A stretch of DNA of 64,000 bases, taken from Planctomycetota bacterium (GTDB lineage: Bacteria > Planctomycetota > B15-G4 > SIAN01). The position numbers and the translations under genes were made by a program. Under the pieces are notes generated by a model. The model was not told where the DNA came from. It did no database searches and was given only the letters and a program-made list of their open reading frames with translations. Of this stretch, positions 58,103-64,000 are shown one piece after another. The first letter of the stretch is position 1; each line of letters starts with the position of its first letter. The stretch lies in contig JANQQL010000047.1 of the NCBI GenBank assembly GCA_028289345.1, positions 57,454-121,453 on the forward strand. The letters run 5' to 3'.

Positions 58103-59881
58103 TCACAGCCAACCTTCTTGATACGCCAGGGCAAACGTGACAAAGGCCCAGGCCAGCAAGCTCACCGGGATGCCGACACGGATGAAGTCGGAGTACTTGT
58201 AACCGCCCGGGCCATAGACCATCAAGTTCACCTGGTGCCCCTGCGGGGTCACGAAGGCAATGGACCCGCCGAAAGCGACGGCCAGCAAAAACGGCCGCAC
58301 GTCGACTCCTGGCATGACATGCGCCACCTCGATGGCGATTGGCGTCAACAACACCGCGACCGCGCTGTGGGAGACGAAGGCATTGAACAAGATGCACAGA
58401 AACACGATGCCGGCCAGGACGGCCGTGGGACCGTAGTCGAACAATGCTCCCACCAGCCCGTTGGCGAAGTACTCCGCCGTACCACTGGTCCGCATTGCCT
58501 CGCCCAGTGCCAGGGTGCCCACCACGAAGATCAGGATCGGCCAGTCGATGGTCCGGTACGCGCGTCGAGCCGTCACGCAGCCAGTCGCCACCATGGCCAT
58601 GGCTCCCAACACCGCAGCCATGGGCAAAGGCACCGCCTTCCAGCCAAATGCCGAGTAAGCGGTGAACAATGCCACGACCCCCGCAGCGATGGCCAAGGCC
58701 TTGCGTGCGTGACCGCGCAACACCACCAGATTGTGGGCCCCGGTCAACAAAAAGAAATCCGTGGACGCTCGGAACTTGGTCGGCGAGGCCTGTTCTCCGC
58801 AGACCAACAACAAGTCCCCTGAGCGAAGCACGAGATTGGAAACGCGCTCGCGAATGTGGTGGCCATGGCGCAACACCGCCACCGCCACCGCGTTGTAGTC
58901 GCGCCACAAGTGCAGATCACTGATGCGCCGCCCAACAATGTTGGAGTGAGGAGACACCGCCAGCTCGAAGAAGGTCATGGTTCGCGGATCGAACTTCATG
59001 TTGCCGATCAGCTTCAGACCCAAGCGCTGCTGCATGTCGGTCAGGCTGCCCACGTCACCGCGAAGAACGACCACGTCCCCTTCTTCGAGCACGACGTTTT
59101 CGAAGGGCGGCCAGAACGGCACCTCGTTGCGCACCAGAAACAGCAGCCGCGGCCCCTCTCCGAACGCTTCGGCCACGGTCTTTCCAAGCAAGGGAGAAGC
59201 GGGGCCGATGACCAACTCGGTCACATATTCCCGGGCCGTCCCATCGGCCAGGGTCGCCGACATGGAAGCGCGCGCCGGCAGGAGCCTCTTTCCGAACACT
59301 GCCAGGAAAGTGATGCACAGCACTGCGAGAGGAACGCCGATCGGAGACAGTTCGAACATTCCGAGCGGAGCCTCGCCCTCGGCGACCGCCACGCCGTCCA
59401 CCAACAGGTTGGTTGACGTCCCAACCAAGGTGCACATACCGCCGAACAACGACCCAAAAGACATGGGAATCATCAGTCGTGAGGGAGGAATGCCCGTGTC
59501 TCGAGCGATCCCGATCACCACCGGAATGAACACCACCACCACTGCCGTGTTGTTCAAGAACGCTGAAAGTGCCGCGGAGACCAAGCCGATGGCCAACACC
59601 ATCACGCTTTCGCGTCCCTTGCCCCAAGCAAGCACCAGCCGCGCGATGAACTCGACGGCACCGGTTCGCGTCAACCCTTCCCCGACGACGTAGAGAGCGC
59701 CAATGGTGATCACCGCGTGATTCGCAAACCCGTGCAGCGCCCCTTCCAGGTCCACCAGTCCGGTCGCCACCAGCGCCACGATCAATCCCAGGCCGATGGC
59801 GTCGAGGGACACCCGGCCGGACACCAACAGGATGAGCACCAGCACCGTGAAAGAGGTGACGAGGATTGCGCTGGGATCCAT
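58103..59881 (-). CDS. SLC13/DASS-family anion permease with two central TrkA-C domains
   Basis: 592 aa. Transporter halves flank the TrkA_C-like regions. ATG at 59879-59881. Confidence 0.85.
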   Translation of the reverse strand: MDPSAILVTSFTVLVLILLVSGRVSLDAIGLGLIVALVATGLVDLEGALHGFANHAVITIGALYVVGEGLTRTGAVEFIARLVLAWGKGRESVMVLAIGLVSAALSAFLNNTAVVVVFIPVVIGIARDTGIPPSRLMIPMSFGSLFGGMCTLVGTSTNLLVDGVAVAEGEAPLGMFELSPIGVPLAVLCITFLAVFGKRLLPARASMSATLADGTAREYVTELVIGPASPLLGKTVAEAFGEGPRLLFLVRNEVPFWPPFENVVLEEGDVVVLRGDVGSLTDMQQRLGLKLIGNMKFDPRTMTFFELAVSPHSNIVGRRISDLHLWRDYNAVAVAVLRHGHHIRERVSNLVLRSGDLLLVCGEQASPTKFRASTDFFLLTGAHNLVVLRGHARKALAIAAGVVALFTAYSAFGWKAVPLPMAAVLGAMAMVATGCVTARRAYRTIDWPILIFVVGTLALGEAMRTSGTAEYFANGLVGALFDYGPTAVLAGIVFLCILFNAFVSHSAVAVLLTPIAIEVAHVMPGVDVRPFLLAVAFGGSIAFVTPQGHQVNLMVYGPGGYKYSDFIRVGIPVSLLAWAFVTFALAYQEGWL

Positions 59882-60035
59882 CCCTACGTTCTACTCCTTG
59901 TCCGAGTGCGGGAAGGAGCCCGACCGGGTCGGTCGGAGCGGCAAATCAGCTCGGTGGTTGCTGGTGCCGGGCGTCGGTTCCGAGCGCGCGGATTATGCAT
60001 GAAGCACCGGCGGAAACCCGGTGGAAACGTTGTTC

Positions 60036-60542
60036 CTACCAGGCGAAGTCATCCTCCTCGGGATCGAATCCCGCCAATCCGACCACGAAGTCGAAGATCC
60101 CCCACACGTCGACCGCGGCATGGACGCCCACAAGCAGGGCGTGGACCTCCGCGCGCACATCGCCAGGTCCCCGGTACCAGCTCGGGCCCGCGGTCGCATC
60201 CGCGGCCAATGGGCCGAGGGCAATGTAGTTTTCGCTGGAGGCCGACAGTGGCATGCGGCGAAGTCCCTGGTAACCGAGGCCGACGGTGGTCCGAGACATG
60301 GTGCCCGCTCGAACCCACTGGGTGACCTCTGCGTCGACGCCAATTCCGGGGCCCACATTGGCACCGACGCGAACGATCTCCACCAGATCGAACACCCGAT
60401 TGGGCAAGTACAGAAGAATTGTGCCCAGTACCGACCCGACGTCTCCTTCGGACGAGGTTTCGGATTCTTCGGCGGCCGGAGAAGGAAAGCTCGCGCATCC
60501 CCCCAGTGAGCTCAGCAGACCGGCGGCCAACCAACGTGTCAT
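60036..60542 (-). CDS. hypothetical lipoprotein
   Basis: An internal ATG gives lipobox SSLGGCAS. Acidic region, then a Gly-rich beta region. Confidence 0.5.
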   Translation of the reverse strand: MTRWLAAGLLSSLGGCASFPSPAAEESETSSEGDVGSVLGTILLYLPNRVFDLVEIVRVGANVGPGIGVDAEVTQWVRAGTMSRTTVGLGYQGLRRMPLSASSENYIALGPLAADATAGPSWYRGPGDVRAEVHALLVGVHAAVDVWGIFDFVVGLAGFDPEEDDFAW

Positions 60543-60880
60543 TCGCGACTGCCCCACCACACATCTCCTTCGTCGCCACCTCTTCTTCGGGATCTCCCTG
60601 GCGAGCCAGGGGTGACCCTTTTCAGGCTACCCCCTTCTTCTCGACCACGAGCGACGCGAGTCCGGAGTGACGTCACGATTTTGTCGACGATCCCACATCC
60701 ACGGCGCATCCTCCCACGGAACCGTGATCGAGCGCGCCCCGGGTTGACGGGAGTAGCGCGGATAGTCCACTGCGGAAGGTCCGACATGGCTCGCCGCCTG
60801 ATCCGTTTTCAGCCGTGTGTTGTTTGCTGTCGCGCAGAACAGTAAGCCGGCCCTGAGACCTTCTTTGACACGAGAACTCG

Positions 60881-62248
60881 ATGGCCCGCAGATCACCCCT
60901 ACATGAAGCCTTGGCCTTGATCCGGCTGGCGATCCCCTTCGCCATCGGACAGGTGGGACTGATGTTCATGGGCGTGGTGGACACCATGATGGTGGGCCGA
61001 GTCTCGGAAGAGGCTCTGGCCGCGGTGGCTCTTGGTCACATCTACAGTTTTGGGATCTGCATTCCGTTCAGCGGGTTGATCTTCGCCTTGGATCCACTGC
61101 TTGCCCAAGCATTCGGTGCCCAGGATCACCGCTCGTTGGCCGCCACCCTGCACCGCGGCGCGATCCTGGTCGGCGCCATCTTGGTGCCCGTGGTCGGATT
61201 GCTGTGGGTGGCGGAGCCGGTGCTTCGATCTCTCGGTCAGAAAGAAGAAGTCCTACCGCTCGTCACCGGCTATTGCCGCGCGTGCGCTCCGGGGATGGCC
61301 GGGTACTTCGCGTTTCTGCTGCTGCGGCACACCGTGCAGGCGATGAGCATCATTCGTCCCGTCGTCCTCGCAGTCCTTGTGGCCAACGGCGCCAACGTCC
61401 TTCTGAACTACTTGCTGGTCTTTGGCCACTGGGGCTTCCCGGCATTGGGCCCGGTGGGGAGCGGCTGGGCCACGACCGGTTCTCGATTCGTCATGGCCGC
61501 CTTGTTGTTCCTGATGAGCTGGCCAGTCCTGCGCCCCTACTGGCGAACGCCGGTCACCGATCGCTGGCGTTGGTCGGCCTATCACAAGATCTTTGCCTTG
61601 GGGATTCCCGTCGGCGTGCAAGTGAGTCTCGAGGTTTGGTGCTTCTTCGCAGTGTCTCTCATCATGGGAACTCTGGGAACCTTGGAACTCGATGGACACC
61701 AAATTGCGATGAGCTTGGCCTCCTTGTCGTTCATGGTGCCACTTTCCATCGGCATGGCCAGCGCCACTCGAGTCGGGAACGCCGTCGGGCGCCGCGACAT
61801 CGAGGGCGCACGACTCTCGGCCTGGATGTCGATCGTGTTGGGCGCCCTCGTCATGACGGTGTCGGCCGCGGCATTCATTCTCATCCCCAAGGAACTCGCC
61901 AGGCTCTACACCGACTTGGATTCGGTCATCGAAATGGCGGCCTTGGTTCTACCGATTGCCGGAGTCTTTCAAATCATGGACGGCACCCAGGCCGTCGCCT
62001 GCGGAGTGCTGCGAGGCATTGCCGACACCCGAGTTCCCGCGGTGATCAACTTCTTCAGTTACTGGGCGCTCGCCATCCCGGTCGGCTGGCTGCTGGCATT
62101 TCGAGGCGAACTCGGCCCGCGTGGCTTGTGGTGGGGTTTGACAACCGGACTGGCAGTCGCCGCCGTCCTCTTGACCTTTCGGATTCGACAAAAGTTTCGG
62201 ACGGGAATCGTCGCCGCGTTCGACAGTTCGGCGGCGAAGGCTTCGTAG
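60881..62248 (+). CDS. MATE-family efflux transporter
   Basis: 455 aa with 12 TM helices. Typical NorM-like N-terminus (ALIRLAIPFAIGQVGLMFMGVVDTMMVGRV). Confidence 0.85.
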   Translation: MARRSPLHEALALIRLAIPFAIGQVGLMFMGVVDTMMVGRVSEEALAAVALGHIYSFGICIPFSGLIFALDPLLAQAFGAQDHRSLAATLHRGAILVGAILVPVVGLLWVAEPVLRSLGQKEEVLPLVTGYCRACAPGMAGYFAFLLLRHTVQAMSIIRPVVLAVLVANGANVLLNYLLVFGHWGFPALGPVGSGWATTGSRFVMAALLFLMSWPVLRPYWRTPVTDRWRWSAYHKIFALGIPVGVQVSLEVWCFFAVSLIMGTLGTLELDGHQIAMSLASLSFMVPLSIGMASATRVGNAVGRRDIEGARLSAWMSIVLGALVMTVSAAAFILIPKELARLYTDLDSVIEMAALVLPIAGVFQIMDGTQAVACGVLRGIADTRVPAVINFFSYWALAIPVGWLLAFRGELGPRGLWWGLTTGLAVAAVLLTFRIRQKFRTGIVAAFDSSAAKAS

Positions 62249-62392
62249 GCGTCTCGAAGACCGGGGACCGAGGGTGTCGGCAAAGGCGTCGTCGAGTTTC
62301 CGAGACCCGACGTTCGCGCCGATGATTCATGAAGGCCCGTCGCGGAAGCAGGAGATCGCGCGGCCAGAGCCCGGAATTTGTCGAACCTCCGG

Positions 62393-63673
62393 CTACCAGC
62401 GAACCGTCAGCGTCACTTCCTTCCCTTCCCGGACGACGATCAACCCTAGGTCCTCGCCATTGGGAGAGCTGGCCACCGCACGGCGCAAACTGGCGGCGGG
62501 GTCATCGGGAGACAGGGTTCGGCCGCGGAAAGACAAGATCACGTCCCCCACCTGAAGGCCCGCTTTCTCGCCGGCGCTCCCCCCGGCCACGGAGTTGACG
62601 CGAAAGCCCCCCTGGTCGGCGCCATAGCCAAGCGCATCCATGGTCGCTCGATCGACCGCTCCATCTCCGGCGATGCCGAGAGCCTTGCGACGCCGAGTCT
62701 CGAACACCGGCTCGCGGAATTCCAAGCGCTCTCGAGTGTTTGCCACGTCGACGAGCAAGGCGAGAGAGAATCGAGAAACCGCGTCCATGCGTTTCCAGGA
62801 CACTTTGTCGGCGTGATCGGTGACCCGGTGATAGTCCTCGTGAAGCCCGGCAAACAAGAACACCGCCGGCACTCGGCGATTGAGGAAACTGTGATGGTCC
62901 GAGTCGGCCATGGCAAAGCTCTTCTCGTCGATGGTCAAGCCCGGAACTGATTGCAGCGCTCGGTCCTTGGCCAGGTACCAAAGGTTGTTGGCGAGAGAAC
63001 TCATCCCCAACATCTCGAGCGGCTTCCCCGGGTTGCGACCCACCATGTCCAGATTCACCATGGCCACGGTGGAGCCCAGGGGAACCGCCGGGTTCTCACA
63101 GTAGTCGATCGACCCGAGCAGCCCGTGCTCCTCGGCACTGAACAAGGCGAAGACGATGCTGCGTGCGGGACGGTACTTGGCGTCACTCAGACACCGGGCC
63201 AGTTCGAGAACAACACTGGTTCCCGAGGCGTTGTCGTCGGCACCGTTCCAGATCTCATCGTCCCGAATCCTGGTGCCAAGCTTGCCGGTGTCGTGACTGT
63301 CCCCGGTCCCCAGATGATCGTAATGCCCTCCAATCACGACATACTGTTTGCTCAGCTGGGGGTCGGAGCCTTTCCAGAGAGCAAGTACGTTGTGGCTGTC
63401 AGACAAACCGAAAGTGCTACGAAACCGAAATCCGTCCAGGAATGTGCCGTCATCCCCAAGGGGGGTCAAACCGGCTTTCTCGAACTCCGAAGCGATGTAC
63501 TGCGCGGCCTTCTCGCAGCCTTCTTCCCCGGCGAATCGTCCCTGCAGTGCATCGGAAGCCAAGTACTCCACGTCGGCCCGCATTCGATCCAAGGAAACCC
63601 GGGAGAGGGCATCCCCCACCGCCGACTCCGAGCCAAGGACGACAACAGCGAACCAGCAAATCCAACTTGTCAT
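62393..63673 (-). CDS. M28-family zinc aminopeptidase with C-terminal PDZ domain
   Basis: Signal peptide. Zn-ligand motifs (GGHYDHLG, NGADDNASG, EEHGLLGS, HHSFLNRRVPAVF). The PDZ segment reads GLQVGDVILSF. Confidence 0.8.
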   Translation of the reverse strand: MTSWICWFAVVVLGSESAVGDALSRVSLDRMRADVEYLASDALQGRFAGEEGCEKAAQYIASEFEKAGLTPLGDDGTFLDGFRFRSTFGLSDSHNVLALWKGSDPQLSKQYVVIGGHYDHLGTGDSHDTGKLGTRIRDDEIWNGADDNASGTSVVLELARCLSDAKYRPARSIVFALFSAEEHGLLGSIDYCENPAVPLGSTVAMVNLDMVGRNPGKPLEMLGMSSLANNLWYLAKDRALQSVPGLTIDEKSFAMADSDHHSFLNRRVPAVFLFAGLHEDYHRVTDHADKVSWKRMDAVSRFSLALLVDVANTRERLEFREPVFETRRRKALGIAGDGAVDRATMDALGYGADQGGFRVNSVAGGSAGEKAGLQVGDVILSFRGRTLSPDDPAASLRRAVASSPNGEDLGLIVVREGKEVTLTVRW

Positions 63674-64000
63674 GACAACTCCTGGGCCTCTCGCAGGCCG
63701 TTGAGAAAGGCCTCGGATGGCCGACCTCAGTCACATCGGTGAAATCGTCGAGGATTCGAGGACGAAGGCGGAGGCGAGCAGGGTCGATCATGCGCTGAAA
63801 GACGATTTCCTTGGCCTGCCAGTTCCATGAAGATCCGCCCGGCTGGGCATCCAGTCGATCCGGGCTCGACACCTTGCCGAGTCGCTGCGCCGCCCCTTTA
63901 CCCACGGGACGATTGACCCGGTGACTGACTCGTGGAGCAATAGCTTCGACGGGCGTCGACCGACACCAGCCGGTCCTCTTCCGCGATCCAAGCGGTGAGT

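Noticed and set aside
56881-58907. The 420-aa ORF 56881..58143 and the N-terminal 300 aa of ORF 56505..58907
   Set aside because: They overlap the well-supported SLC13 permease gene in other frames and are Arg/Gly-rich. The real GT39-like protein begins at the first TM-containing Met (57989 or 57929).
1-64000. CRISPR arrays, tRNA/rRNA genes, transposases or integrases
   Set aside because: No regularly spaced direct repeats, no tRNA-like T-arm/anticodon structures in intergenic regions, and no transposase- or integrase-like ORFs were found by reading. This was a visual scan, not a covariance-model search.

Overview
This is a 64 kb, high-GC, gene-dense bacterial chromosomal segment. I call about 50 protein-coding genes and see no rRNA, tRNA, CRISPR array, transposase or integrase. 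The gene content suggests a Planctomycetota-like Gram-negative organism, but this is an inference from content only. That content includes membrane-anchored multiheme cytochrome c with TPR repeats, a CRTAC1/ASPIC-UnbV protein, FG-GAP proteins, ECF-sigma fusion proteins, an RND efflux operon and many DUF-family proteins. The antisense strand carries many long 'shadow' ORFs, which are GC-frame artefacts and were rejected.

The main discovery is two independent genes, 3481-4446 and 26645-27796, in which an in-frame TGA sits at the redox-active position of a thioredoxin-fold domain. In both, coding continues in the same frame with no new start codon, and a small GC-rich hairpin with a G/U-containing apical loop lies 15-25 nt downstream of the TGA. 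These are most parsimoniously selenocysteine (UGA-Sec) redox proteins, which ORF-based callers would truncate. The second is translationally coupled (TGATG overlap) to one of two paralogous one-component ECF sigma factors, each fused to a transmembrane segment and a large periplasmic sensor-like domain.

Other notable genes:
- a 5-TM pentaheme c-type cytochrome with TPR repeats, coupled to the CRTAC1/ASPIC-UnbV gene;
- a cNMP-binding thioredoxin-reductase-like flavoprotein that has lost its CxxC;
- a short BLUF photoreceptor;
- an OMF-MFP-RND efflux operon;
- two GT39-family membrane glycosyltransferases;
- an S8 subtilase lipoprotein of about 1000 aa;
- a LytS/LytTR-type two-component pair.
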